DNA of 64,000 bases from Octopus vulgaris (taxonomy: Eukaryota), in the NCBI GenBank assembly GCA_951406725.2, contig OX597829.1:44578001-44642000 (forward strand), given 5' to 3'. Shown here piece by piece: positions 26,533 through 40,139 of this stretch (the first letter of the stretch is position 1; every line of letters begins with the position of its first letter). The notes beneath the pieces are model-generated. The model did not search any database, was not told where the DNA came from, and saw only the letters and a program-made list of their open reading frames with translations. The translations under genes and the position numbers were made by a program.

Positions 26533-27450
26533 CTCAAGCACACACATGCACACACATATACACACATACATATACGCAGTAAAAAAAAATATCGAATGAT
26601 AAATCCTATAATTGCAAATGTACTTTCTGCATGCGATGATTTCTGAAACGTGATGTATCCGTGCTGCGGGATAAGCTTGGAGATTCAACTTTTTTTGATG
26701 GTCGTCAGTGTAATATTTTTATGTTCATATCGCAACTTTAGGTTATTTTCAGGTCGTGTCTTCTTTTAAAATGTTTTTCTCCTTCTACGGTTAGTAGAGA
26801 AATGCTTGTCTGAAAGGTTAAGTAGTATTTTGCTATATTGGATTTATTATTGAGTTGAAGGGTATTCGCGACGTATATCATTATACGAAATGTCATATAA
26901 ATCACATTCTATTTTTCTCTATAAATATGTTACGTCCAGTTGCTTTACGAACATAAAAATACAATGTAACGTACAGGGAGATATTTTTAATTAGAAATAC
27001 AGATACTTGCTCACTAAATATATCTTGCAAAACAAAGAAAAACAAGAAAGAATTATGAACTGGTGACACTTCTTTTAAACCCAAGCCAAAAGTCACATGT
27101 AAGCTTTCCAATGGATTGACGAAAGTGAAATCTAAGCGAAGATTCTATTATCTTCCATTCTCCTTTATACATATGCAGGAGAGGAATACAATAAATTTAG
27201 CCGACTATGTCCGGTAATTAAAAGGAAAGGCTTTAGAAGTGAGTGGGGAGTCCCTGCTAAAGATGAAACGACAAAGGAGGTATTTATGCATGCGCTACCT
27301 TCAAAAGAATAATTTTCAAAAACATACAAGCATACTCGTATATATCTAAGTATCAAATCTGCAGATTCTGGAAATGTTGAAAATTACTTAGGAAAGCCTT
27401 TCCTTCAGAACTGGAAATATCATGGTTACTGAAATGAAATTGCACAAATA

Positions 27451-27896
27451 GGCGTAGGAGTGGCTATGTTGGTAAGCAAGTAGCTTGCTTACCAACCACA
27501 TGGTTCCGGGTTCAGTCGCACTGCGTGACAACTTGGGCAAGTGTCTTCTACTATAGCCTCGGGTTGACTAAAACCCTTGTGAGTAGATTTGGTAGACGGA
27601 AACTGAAAGAAGTCCGTCACACACATGTATGTATGTATGTATGTATTTATGTATGTGCATGTATATGTATGTATATGTATATATTCATGTATGTCTTACT
27701 TTTGTCTGTGTTTGTTCCCACCATCGATTGACAACCGATGTTGGTGTGTTTACATCTCCGTAATCCAGCCGTTCGGCAAAAGAGACCGATAGAATAAATA
27801 TTAGGCTTACAAAGAATAAGTTCTGGGATCGATTCATTCGTCTAAAGGCGGTGCTCCAGCATGGCCGCAGTCAAATGACTGAAACAAGTAAAAGAA
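27451..27896 (+). mobile_element. Family B SINE, full length
   Basis: GGCGTAGGAGTGGCT...GGTTCAGTC...GACTGAAACAAGTAAAAGAA. Confidence 0.92.
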
Positions 27897-28547
27897 TGAA
27901 TGTGTATGGAAATTATACATAAATTTGGATCTTTGTGGTAATCGATCGACACTGTCTATAATTTTGTTCCATTTGTTTTCAAATTTGGTATATCGATTAA
28001 GTTTTGTATACTAATTATGAAAACGAAATTCAATTTTCTTATAAATTCATAATTAAGAAGTTATTAGCCATTAAAATTTGCAAAATTTTGGTAATTTAGC
28101 CAATCAGAAATTTAACGCATTACTGTGAAGTTCTGTTAGTATATTAAGCAAAAAATCACCATAGCAACCAAAGATGCTGCGCATGAGCACAAGGAGTGTA
28201 ATCAACAAGTTGAGAGTATCTGGGCATCTTTAAAGCGTGGAACAAAACGATGGTGCAGGACATACCGTTCCATGGTTGACTCTTAACTTTGTGAATTTAT
28301 GTAGAGAAGGAGATATGAAAAAGATAATTATTTTATAAAATCCTAGAGTGTATTATTGCAAACCTTCGTTCTTGAATTTTTTAAACTAGTAAACGTCTTT
28401 CTTAAGCAGTGTTTTTGATTGTTATTTCTAGCAACTCTTGTCGGTTTGCTCGTAGCTTTTAAATACTTCATTTGCACGCGAGTCTCTTTTATGTTTTTCA
28501 CTGTTTACTGTAGTTAGTTTAATGTTTTGACATTATATATATATACA

Positions 28548-28661
28548 TATTCCTGAGCGCCATACTAATACAATTGTTTGTTTGTATTCCACCTGCCTTC
28601 GTCTTTTGTTTATTTCCGTAAACCTGCCTTCGTCTTTTGTTTATTTTCATAAAGCTTCCCG

Positions 28662-28663
<2 letters not shown>
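28548..28663 (+). mobile_element. Family E fragment between (TA)n tracts
   Basis: TTCCTGAGCGCCATACTAATACAATTG...AAGCTTCCCGTTATATA, with an internal duplication of ACCTGCCTTCGTCTTTTGTTTATTT. Confidence 0.8.
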
Positions 28664-28701
<38 letters not shown>

Positions 28702-28771
28702 TATAATACATCTAAACACGTGGGGTTGTAAAGCATGAATGGAACCTAATATTAAACTTCTACAACACGAT

Positions 28772-28880
28772 TAGCTGGCGGAGTCGTTAGCACGCCGACA
28801 ATATGCTTACCTGTATTTTATCCATCTTTAGGTTCTGAGTTCAAATTTCTCTCGCGGTCGATAAAATAAGTGATAGTTGA
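28772..28880 (+). mobile_element. Degenerate family A SINE fragment
   Basis: AGCTGGCGGAGTCGTTAGCACGCCG...TTCTGAGTTCAAAT...GGTCGATAAAATAAGT. Confidence 0.7.
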
Positions 28881-29778
28881 ACGAAAAATCAGAAGTGTCA
28901 CCAACAACAAGAAAGCACAAGAAGACGGCTATCATCTGTGAACATGGAGCAATCACCATATGTACAAATTTGTGAGAGAAAAAAGACAATATTGCTCATT
29001 TTACCAAAGCCCTCTGTGTATCTCAGATGGGCGCTAAATCTGGTAAAAAAAAGAGAGGAAATGAATGTATGATAGTGATATTCGAAGAAATAGTTAAGAA
29101 ACAAATTCAGAATAGATAAGATCTTTTGACTGAAACGATAATTGTTACAAGGGCCCAGAAATACATACAACATAATGCCGCAAGGCGTAGGGAACAGTTT
29201 AAATTTTTTTAAAATTTCATCTAGTCTCAGCTCACGAACTGTGGTCATGCTGGAGCACCATTAACTTTTGTTTCATAATTATGTCGATTCTTCCAGCTTA
29301 AATCAATACCTGGTTTATTTCTTATGCCATAAATAAGAGAAACACTTTTTTTTCACTTACCAACTTAGCTTTATTCAGACTGGATTACAAAATATATCTT
29401 ACGGGATGTAGAATTTCGTTTTTATGACCATAACTTGTATTGATAACAACAACACAAGCACTGTGATATCAATATAAGCAGAACAACGGCACTTGTCAGT
29501 AATTTAGACGACGTTGTTACACTTCTCACGTTCCATGTACGATCTTAATGTTGTTAGCAGAGGTATGTCATGTTAATAGACGTCAAGCTACTGGCAGCTG
29601 ACAGATATAGACGAGCTTTTATCACTTAGAAGCGCAAGATATTTTATCACGTATAGACCAGACCACTGCCCACCCATGCTGGTCATCCAGCCTCAAATGT
29701 AAATCCAATGCCATCAAAAAGTTGGTTACTCCCTCGAAAAGACCGCTATCGCTAATGTATCAAATATATTATATAATA

Positions 29779-30003
29779 CTAGCAGTATCGCCCGGCGTTG
29801 CTCGGGTTTGTAAGGGAAATAACTATATAAGCATTTTTAGAGATGTAAAGTATAATAGCCATCTCAATATGGCTAACCACAAAGGGGGGAGGGGTGTTAC
29901 TGTAGCTTTTTACGTTCTGAGATTTGATAATACATTTTTAGAGAGTTACTTCCCTTATATAAACCGAGCAAAAATGCATTAAAAATACGGAAAAATTATG
30001 GTA
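29779..30003 (-). mobile_element. Helitron-type non-autonomous element 3' end, running into the gap
   Basis: Minus strand ends CCCGAGCAACGCCGGG-CGATACTG-CTAG|T: a GC hairpin just upstream of CTAG followed by T, the canonical Helitron 3' terminus. Confidence 0.8.
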
Positions 30004-30103
30004 NNNNNNNNNNNNNNNNNNNNNNNNNNNNNNNNNNNNNNNNNNNNNNNNNNNNNNNNNNNNNNNNNNNNNNNNNNNNNNNNNNNNNNNNNNNNNNNNN
30101 NNN
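30004..30103. other. Assembly gap (100 N)
   Basis: Run of N. Confidence 1.
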
Positions 30104-30589
30104 GTGTGTGTGATATGTGTGTGTGTGCTTTGAGTATCGTCAAGAAAGAAATAAGCCTTTACCCTTGTAACTCTCGCTCTGAGAAATGTAATGCAAAGAG
30201 ATTGGCTCTTGGAAATTTTAAGTAATAACGTTATTATTCATTAATTGTAATATAAATTAAATAATTAATTGATTAAAAAATACGTTTGTTAAAACAAAAG
30301 ACGGAATTGTAACAGCTGGATGCCGGGTGGATCAGGAGTGATATGTGAGCGAGTACTTAAGTGGCCTCCAAATTTCGAAACGGTGTTGTGTTACCAACAG
30401 AAGAAATCAAAATGGTTGGAACATCCAGAAACAATTCCAATCATTTCGAATGAGTGAAGGTGAATGAGTGCTAAAACAAGGGAAAGAGCGCGTACGAAAT
30501 CAAAACAAAATAGTAGTAAAGAAATAGAAAATAACATGGAAATAAGGAAAGAAAATGGAGGAAAGGAAGAAATGTGTGGAAGTGGGAGA

Positions 30590-31260
30590 AGAATAAATTA
30601 TGGAGGAAGGAGAGGAAGGAGAGGAGAGGATTTTCACTGGGGATAAGGAGTTGTTAAATGACGAGGAGGAAGAGGAGGAGGTGGGGAGGAGAAGGAGAGG
30701 AGGTGGGGAGGAGAAAGAGAGGAGGAGGAGGAGAGTGGGGAGGAGGAGGAGGAGGAGGAGAGTGGGGAGGAGGAGGAGATGTAGTGGCAAAAGATGAAGG
30801 AGAAGGTTGGCTGAGTGGTGTCATTGAGAAGGAGTAGAAGCTGGCTAATGACAGGAGCTGCAGAATGCGGAGGAGGAGGGGGAGGAGGAAGAGGAGGAGG
30901 AGGAGAAGAAGAAAGGGGGAGGAGGAGGGGGAGGAACGGTTCGGAAAGAACGGGGATGAAGAGGGTGATAAATGTGTAGGTGTATAACGGTAAGATCGAT
31001 AGAATGAGGAACGATAATGTCGGGTGAGGGGTGAGGGAGGGGAGAGGTTAGAATTGTAGGGAAGTGAGCAAGGCGCTGAAGAAGACCGGAAAATTAAAAA
31101 AAATTTAAAAATATAAAAAAAACAAGAACGCCGGTTAAGATAACGAAGACGACGACAACGACAATGAGGAGGAGGAGGGGGAGGAGGAGGAATGAAAAGG
31201 AGGAGGAAGGAGGAGGACAGAGGAGGAGGAGGAGGAGGGGGGATAGCAGAAATGGTGAGA
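30590..31260. repeat. (GGA)n purine-rich low-complexity tract
   Basis: Read directly from the sequence. Confidence 0.85.
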
Positions 31261-31419
31261 GAGAGAAAAAGAAGCATGTAAAATGGGTTAGAGAGGACGG
31301 TTCCACTGAAGAAGAGAGAAAACTCGTTATTTACATCCAAAAAATGAAATTTAAATAAAATAAAAAGCAAAACAACAAATTCTAATAAAGAAGAGAACAG
31401 AATATATTTCTTTCATTTT

Positions 31420-31461
<42 letters not shown>

Positions 31462-31551
31462 TGGCTGAGTGTGGAAACTGTTGGATAGAATAAGAGTTGA
31501 AACCGAAGAAGGTACGGCAGCAAATATTTGGTGGCAAGAATTTCGCCATAT

Positions 31552-32012
31552 CCTTTTATTCTTTTATCTGTTTCAGTCTGTTTTCGACTGCGGCCATGCT
31601 GGAGCAACGTATTGGAGGGTTTGAGTCGAACAAATTGACCCCAAGACTTATTCTTTGTAATAAGCCTAGTACTTACTTATTCTATCGGCATTTTTTTTGC
31701 CGAGCCGCTAAGTTACGCGAACGTAAACACACCAACAACGTTTGTCAAGTCGCGGTGGATGGTACAAACACAGACACAAAAACACACACACGCACGCACA
31801 CACATGCACACATAGTCTCTCTCTCTCACACACACACACACACATATATATATATACGACGAGCTTCTTTCAGTTTCCACCAACCAAATCCATTCACAAG
31901 GCTTTGGTTGGTCCGAGGTGATAGTAGAAGACACTGTACCAAAGAGCCACGCAGTGGGACTGAACCCGGAACCATGTGGTTGGGAAGCAAGCTGCTTACC
32001 ACGCTTCCACCT
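31552..32012 (-). mobile_element. Family B SINE, diverged
   Basis: GACTGCGGCCATGCTGGAGCA...GTGGGACTGAACCCGGAACCATGTGGTTGG. Confidence 0.88.
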
Positions 32013-32208
32013 ATGTCAGTAATATATTTTTATTTTCATGTAAAAGCAACCATGTTTGCTTTGGTTTGTTCCCATTAACGTTCGTATACAGTGATTGGTT
32101 GATCGATACATTGATTAGTTACTTGCCAGAGTTCATTATTAGCAGGGAGAGATTTGGTATTTAACCAATAAGTAAAAAAAAAAAACAAGGAAAAAATTGA
32201 TATCATAT

Positions 32209-32225
32209 TGTAGTATTAGTAGTAT

Positions 32226-32291
<66 letters not shown>

Positions 32292-32450
32292 CAGCAGCAG
32301 CAGTAGTAGTAGTAATAGTAGTAGTGGTGATGGTGGTGGAGGTAGTGGTGGTGGTGGTGGTGGTGATGGTGATCGTGGTGGTGGTAGTAGTAGTGGTAGT
32401 GGTGGTGGTGGTGGTGGTGGTGGTGGTGGTGATGGTGGTAGTAGTAGTAA

Positions 32451-32483
<33 letters not shown>

Positions 32484-32566
32484 CAATAGTAGTGGTGGTG
32501 GTGGTGGTGGTGGTGGTGGTGGTGATCGTGGTGGTGATAGTAGTAGTAGTGGTGGTGGTGGTGATG

Positions 32567-32616
<50 letters not shown>

Positions 32617-32624
32617 CGTGGTGG

Positions 32625-32661
<37 letters not shown>

Positions 32662-32674
32662 GGAGGAAGAAGAA

Positions 32675-32722
<48 letters not shown>

Positions 32723-32880
32723 GAAGGAAGGAAGAAAGAAAGACAGACAGACAGACAAACAGACAGAAAACTGAAAAAAGGAAAGAAAGAAAAAACGAAG
32801 GAAGAAAGAGAGGATCGGTGTAGGACAGCGAGAATAACAACACCAAACGCAACACAAAGAAAAGAAAAGAAAAGAAAAGA
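32209..32880. repeat. (AGT)n/(GGT)n/(GAAA)n compound microsatellite
   Basis: Read directly from the sequence. Confidence 0.92.
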
Positions 32881-33214
32881 CAAGAATTGATTTATTCTTT
32901 TATTCTTGTATTCTGTTATTCATTTATATATTTATTCGGCATTCTCTGAAGTACCAGGCATTTGAGTTTGTTTCTTTTTCGTTTTAGTATTTGTTGTTGC
33001 TGCTTTTTAAATTTTTTTTATTTGTGTCTGTTTTGTATTTTCTGATGTCGAGGGCAGGTGTTGTGTTTCCTTATTCTTTAAGCTCTCTGGAATAGAGAAC
33101 CTGTAGGTGCACTCACCGCTAGAGAAGAAAATTCCACCTACAGCGACACACCGCGGCAAAGCAAGCAAATTGTAAAATAGGATCTATACAAAACAGTAAG
33201 AAAGAAGATATATA

Positions 33215-33215
33215 G

Positions 33216-33276
<61 letters not shown>

Positions 33277-33323
33277 GATATTCATACATACACACAAATA
33301 TGCATGTGCATATATATATGTGT

Positions 33324-33373
<50 letters not shown>

Positions 33374-33673
33374 GTGTGTATATGTATATATGTACAAGCA
33401 TGCATATATATTTAGTTGCAGGTGTGTTTGATAAAATTAATTACTAATTTTATAGGTTTTGTGCTAGATTTCAATGCTAGTTTGCGAGATTATATTATAG
33501 TGTGTGTGCGTGCATGCACGTGTGTGTGTAAGTGTGTGTGTTTATAAATATGTATGTATATATATATATACGTACCTGTATATATGCATATATGTACGTA
33601 CGTGTCTATTTATATATTTATATATATATATATGTATGTATGCGTACATCTATATGTATATTTGTGTGTGTGT

Positions 33674-33708
<35 letters not shown>

Positions 33709-33876
33709 GGTAAATATGTATATATATATATATATAAATATGCAGGTATATGCATATACATACCTGTATTTATACATAAATCTACGTACCTATGTATACA
33801 TATGTCTGTGTATTTCTGTGTGTGTGTGTGTGCACGCGCATATAAATACATATATGTATACATATCTATGCATGTA

Positions 33877-33912
<36 letters not shown>

Positions 33913-33924
33913 TAAATATAAATA

Positions 33925-33979
<55 letters not shown>

Positions 33980-34060
33980 ATGTATACACACACACACATG
34001 TATATACACATATATATATATATGCGTACCTGTATACATATACACATATAAGTATGTGTA
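33215..34060. repeat. (TA)n/(TG)n-rich tract
   Basis: Read directly from the sequence. Confidence 0.9.
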
Positions 34061-34329
34061 TATCTTTTAAATAGTGGTGTTTCTTCGTTTGTATTTATTT
34101 GTTCTTTTCGCGATGAGGTTGTTTCTTTTTTTTTGTATTATTTAATTTTTATTGTCACAAATTCAAAGAATTATGGAAGAAGACTCAGAAAATGGAGGAG
34201 AATATATTTAAAAAGAAATAAGGTGGGGAAAATGATTGGATGGGGAAGAGAGGGGGGTGGGTAAAGGACTAGCAATTCAGCTGGAGAAGCGAGAAGCTGA
34301 AGGTAAATAAGTCCGATGGAGAGGATGTA

Positions 34330-34355
34330 GATGAAGGTGATGACAATGAGCGTGC

Positions 34356-34390
<35 letters not shown>

Positions 34391-34955
34391 ATGCTGATGA
34401 TGATGATAATGATGATGATGGTGGTGGTGGTGTTGGTGGTGGTGGTGGTGGTGGTGGTGGCGGTGGTGGCGGTGGCAGAGGTGGTAGTGGTGGTGGTGGT
34501 GTTGATGGTGGTGGTGATTATGATGATGATGATGGTGATGATAGTGGTGGTGGTGGTGGTGGTGGTGGTGGTGGTGGTGTTGATGGTGGAGGTGATTATG
34601 ATGATGATGATGGTGGTGGTGATGATGGTGGTGTTGGTGTTGGTAGTGACGGTGATTATGATGATGATGATGGTGATGATTGTGGTAGTGGTGGTTGTGA
34701 TGGTGGTGCTGGTGGTGCTGGTGGTGACACCGATGATGATGATGAGGAGGAGGAGGAGGAGGACGAGGAGGACGAGGAGGAGGAAAAGGAAGATGACGAT
34801 GATTATGACGACGGCGGCGATGATGGAGGAGAAGAAGAAGAAGAAGAAGAAGAAGAAGAAGAAGAAGAAGAAGAAGAAAAGAAGAAGAAGAAGAACAACA
34901 ACAACAGCAACAACAACAACAATAACAACAACAACAACAACTACAGCAGCATCAG
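34330..34955. repeat. Chain of trinucleotide repeats (CTG, ATG, GTG, AGG, AAG, AAC)
   Basis: Read directly from the sequence. Confidence 0.92.
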
Positions 34956-35351
34956 CAACACAGACATGAGAAAACATTGCCAAGCACGTCAGTAATAATT
35001 CTTTGAAGACGATTAGAGAAACAGCAACAAGCGCTCCGACGACAACGCCCACCTCATCGAAGAAGGGGGCGGAAAGCAACATGCCGAGGCAATTTTCATC
35101 CACTCCACTAATCTATTCTCTCTTTTGTGGAATGCATCTAACCTTTGTAATTATAAGCATTAATGATTTTGTCGTGTTTATTAAAATGATTAAAACGTTC
35201 AAAACAGTCGATTAAGGTTAATTTAGTGTTAATACCATTTACTGCCGCGCGGTAGAAACAGAATCAATAATTCATTTTCATTTGCTTCTGCACATTACGG
35301 AAGACAACTCTGGTCATGATTCGTTCTTATTGCAGCCTCGTCAGGAAAGTG

Positions 35352-35491
35352 TTGTCGATGGAATAACCGACTTGTCGATGGAATAATCAACTTGTCGATG
35401 GAATAATCGACTTGTCGATGGAGTTATCGACTTGTCGATGGAATAATCGATTTGTCGATGGAGTTATCGACTTATAGATGGAGTGATCGAT
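35352..35491. repeat. 20-bp minisatellite x7, TTGTCGATGGAATAATCGAC
   Basis: Exact 20-bp period; each unit has the inverted repeat GTCGAT-N6-ATCGAC. Confidence 0.93.
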
Positions 35492-36343
35492 GAAAGGATT
35501 TCAGAAGTAATTGCATACCAAGGTCACTCACAGCCCCATAATATATATATAAATTAATACTAACTTAACTGTTGATTTTTAACGCTGTGGGCGTATCTAA
35601 ACAAATCTATCTCTTACACCAATCAATGAGCGATGCATTTTACGTATATAATGATTCTCTCATAATGACGTTGGCTATTATTGTAAAATCTATGGATTGC
35701 TGTAAGGGTCATAATAACAATCAAACATGTGGAAAACTATGCACAATATTTGATGAAACAGAAGTAAACATAATACCTTTTTATTCTTCCATATTAATTT
35801 TCTTCACTCTATAATTATTTCTACTTGGACTTCGTTTTGATGCATCCCACTTTACATATGCATACTTAGCTATAATTATAATTTACTTATTCTAAATCTT
35901 TATTTATTTATTTATTTATTTTATCATATTAGGATGTCCTCCTTGGGATTCAAAATCCCTAAATAATTACTGATGAAAGGTAGACAAACTTTGTAGGTTT
36001 GAAGGGTTTCGTTCTGTGAATTAATTTTTCAAAACATAAAACATAATGTAATGCTTATGTTAGATTTAATTAAACCACGTAGCACAATGTCTAGAAAGCC
36101 ACTAACTAAGCGATCGGCTTAATAATACACTTAACGTTCGATAAAGTGGATATTCCATTTGCTTTTATCAATCTTAATGCTCATCAGAACTAAATGAACA
36201 TCAAATATTCCATTGCCTTCATTCCTTGAAGTTATAGCTCTATATTGATGTATCATGTGTAGACAGTTGAAAATTGGTTCTATGTCATTCACCTTTGTAT
36301 CGCATACACTCACATCCAGATACAAACACAAGCACACACACGG

Positions 36344-36378
<35 letters not shown>

Positions 36379-36455
36379 TACGTGCGCACACACAAACATA
36401 CAAATGCTCACATACGTACTTAGGTAGTTACATACGTATATGGATATAAATTTAT

Positions 36456-36498
<43 letters not shown>

Positions 36499-36555
36499 CA
36501 TACATACATACATACATACATACATACATACATACATACATGCATGCATGCATAC

Positions 36556-36586
<31 letters not shown>

Positions 36587-37115
36587 CATACATACATACA
36601 TACATACATACATACATGCATGCATGCATACATACATACATACATACATACATACATACATACATACATACATACATACATGCATACATACATACATACA
36701 TACATACATGCATGCATACATACATACATACATACATACATACATAAATACATAGACAATGTATGAGTAATATAGAAGCAACTTTCCACTATCTGCATGT
36801 ATGTGTTACTCTGTTTATCTCTTTCCCCATCTTTCACTCTCTCTCTCTCTCACTCGTTCTTTCTCTCTGTTTATGTATGTGTGTTTGTGTGTGTATGTAT
36901 GCGTATGTGTGAATGCGTGTATGCGTGTGTGTGTGTGTATGCAAAATGCATACGAAAATACGCATCATACCGACGGAAGGAAGGTCCAACTTCGAATAGA
37001 TGAACAAATTCTGTAACGTTCATTCGGTATCTCTTTTTATCATTTTATAAATTTAAACACACACATTTCTATGATGCGTTTCTCGTATCCATAAACATGC
37101 ACGCGCACGTATGCA

Positions 37116-37176
<61 letters not shown>

Positions 37177-37210
37177 ACGCACACGGATTATATGGACATG
37201 CATACATACC

Positions 37211-37312
37211 CTGTTGTTTGTGTTGAAATTCCACTGAAGCAGCCTTGGATCTAGGTTAGAACCCGGTTCTGTCTCTATTGGCAAGAAATCTTCAAATAAA
37301 ACTGAATAATGA
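37211..37312 (+). repeat. About 100-bp (CATA)n-associated repeat, copy 1
   Basis: GAAATTCCA.TGAAG..GCCTT.GAT...GTTAGAA.CCCGG...TTGG.AAGAA.TCTT.AAATAAAA.TGAATAATGAC is shared with 38284-38382. Confidence 0.75.
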
Positions 37313-38283
37313 CATACATACATACATACATACATACATACATACATAAATACATACATACATACATACATACATACATACATAAATACATACATACATA
37401 CATACATACATACATACATACATAAATACATACATACATACATACACACATACATACACACATACATAAATACATACATACATACATACATACATACATA
37501 CATACATACATACATAAATACATATATACATACATACATACATACATTCATACATACATACATACATTAATGCATGCATACATTCATACATGCATACATG
37601 CATACATACATACACACATACATACATACATACATACATACATACATACATTCAAACATACATACATACATTAATGCATGCATACATTCATACATACATA
37701 CATTCATGCATGCATACATACATTCATAATACATGCATGCATGCATACATACATAAATTCATTCATACGTACATATATATATACATACATTAATATATAC
37801 ATGCATACATACATACATACATACAAACATACATATGTAAATGCATACTTACATATATACATTCATATATACATACATGCATTCATACATACATGCATAC
37901 ATACATACATTCATACATACATACATACATACATACATACATACATGCATACATACATACATACATACATACATACATACATACATACATACATACATAC
38001 ATACATACGTTTTATTAGAGCCCTGAGGTATGTAACACACTGCCTAAATACCAATCTTCAGAACTTAATCTTCTCAAAACCAGAAAGGGAGAAAGCTCAT
38101 TCGAAGACTACAGATCCAATCCGTCACTGGAACTGTAAAAATCTGTAAAACTTTCCAGAAGTTTGTCATTTAAATATATATGAGCATGGCTAGATATGTA
38201 ACTATACGCATGAGAATGCATACATAAAACAAAACATACAAATCTGCACGTATACATACATACATACATACATACAAAAATAA

Positions 38284-38382
38284 CCTGTTATTTCTTGAAA
38301 TTCCAATGAAGGCGCCTTTGATCGATTCATGTTAGAATCCCGGCTCTTGGTAAGAATTCTTGAAATAAAATTGAATAATGAC
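38284..38382 (+). repeat. About 100-bp (CATA)n-associated repeat, copy 2
   Basis: Colinear with 37211-37312. Confidence 0.75.
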
Positions 38383-39385
38383 AAACATAAACAATGCAAA
38401 TCCTGAATTCAAACGCTACAAATGAGCAAGATATCTGGGACTAAATTTCTCAAGATATCGAGGATGAACAAAACAAGATCCTTTCCCTTGTAGAAGGTGA
38501 CCGGCCAAAGTTTATTCTAATTAGAACAGAGAACTCATACGTGCATACACACATACATACATTCATACATACATACATACACACACACATACATACATAC
38601 ATACATACATACATACATACATACATACATACATACATACATACATACATACATACATGCATACATGCATACATACATACATACATACATGCATACATAC
38701 ATGCATACATACATACATACATACATGCATACATACATACATTCATACATACATACATACACATACATACATACATACATACACACATACATACAATACA
38801 TACATGCATTCATACATACATACATACATGCATACATACATACATACATACATACATACAGACATGCATACATACATACATACAGACATGCATACATACA
38901 TACAAACATACATACATACAATACATACATACATACATACATTCATACATTCATACATAAATACATACATTCATACATACATACATACATTCATACATAC
39001 ATACATACATACATACATTCATATATACATACATGCATTCATACATACATACATACAAACATACATACATACAATACATACATACATACATACATACATT
39101 CATACATCCATACATAAATACATACATACAATACATACATACATACATGCATACATACATACATACATACATACATACATTCATATATACATACATGCAT
39201 TCATACATACATACATACATACATACATACATACATAGAAACATACATACATACATACCTGCATTCATACATACATACATACATGCATACATACATACAT
39301 ACATACATACATACATACATGCATACATACATACATACATGCGTAGACAAGTACACACACACATACTCATACACACACTCAAGTA

Positions 39386-39477
39386 AAAGTTTGAATAGTG
39401 ACCTCCAAGTTTCGACTCAATTACCTTCGTCAGACAATTTGACGAAGGCAGTTAGGCCGAGTTGACTGTTAAGCTTT
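39386..39477. repeat. Imperfect palindrome of head-to-head hammerhead-like halves
   Basis: Core CCTTCGTCA-GACAATT-TGACGAAGG; arms extend to AAAGTTT / AAGCTTT. Confidence 0.7.
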
Positions 39478-39580
39478 GTTTTGTAAAAAAAAAAGGCTAC
39501 ATTCTACTTAAATGTACTGAATGATCCAGCAGTGAATGGTTCCATATGTGTGTGTGTGTGTGTGTGTGTGTTATTTCGAA

Positions 39581-39597
39581 TAATAATAATAACAATA

Positions 39598-39688
<91 letters not shown>

Positions 39689-39701
39689 CGATGACGACGA
39701 C

Positions 39702-39736
<35 letters not shown>

Positions 39737-39783
39737 CGATGATGATGACGACGACGACGATGATGATGATGATGGTGATGATA

Positions 39784-39839
<56 letters not shown>

Positions 39840-39878
39840 GATGATGATGATGATGATGATGACGATGACGACGACGAC

Positions 39879-39910
<32 letters not shown>

Positions 39911-39981
39911 CGATGATGATGACGACGACGATGATGATGATGATGGTGATGATAATGATGATGATGATGATGATGATGATG

Positions 39982-40039
<58 letters not shown>

Positions 40040-40047
40040 TAGTAATA
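39581..40047. repeat. (GAT)n/(AAT)n microsatellite with an internal duplication
   Basis: Read directly from the sequence. Confidence 0.95.
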
Positions 40048-40093
40048 ACAAATAGCTTAGGAACGAGAACCCAGGTTCGAAATTTCCCCACAA

Positions 40094-40139
40094 GACACCT
40101 GATGAAGGCTGGAGGGTATATCAGACGAAACGTTGTGTT
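40094..40139 (+). ncRNA. Minimal type I hammerhead ribozyme with canonical core
   Basis: GACAC-CTGATGA-A-GGCTG-(10-nt loop)-CAGAC-GAAA-CG-TT-GTGTT; one helix II mismatch; GUU site; within an approximately 180-bp island (40050-40229). Confidence 0.75.

Larger units (their letters stand above)
36455..39340. repeat. Large (CATA)n/(GATA)n microsatellite field with short unique islands
   Basis: Read directly from the sequence. Confidence 0.9.

Noticed and set aside
28900-29170. Possible Tigger/pogo transposase N-terminal relic
   Set aside because: Only a vague resemblance, with stops; no TIR or DDD motif seen.
33101-33143. 9-bp inverted repeat CTGTAGGTG/CACCTACAG
   Set aside because: Short stem with an unstructured loop, compatible with chance.
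35352-35491. CRISPR-like periodic palindromic array
   Set aside because: Units are contiguous with no unique spacers; eukaryotic context; no cas genes.
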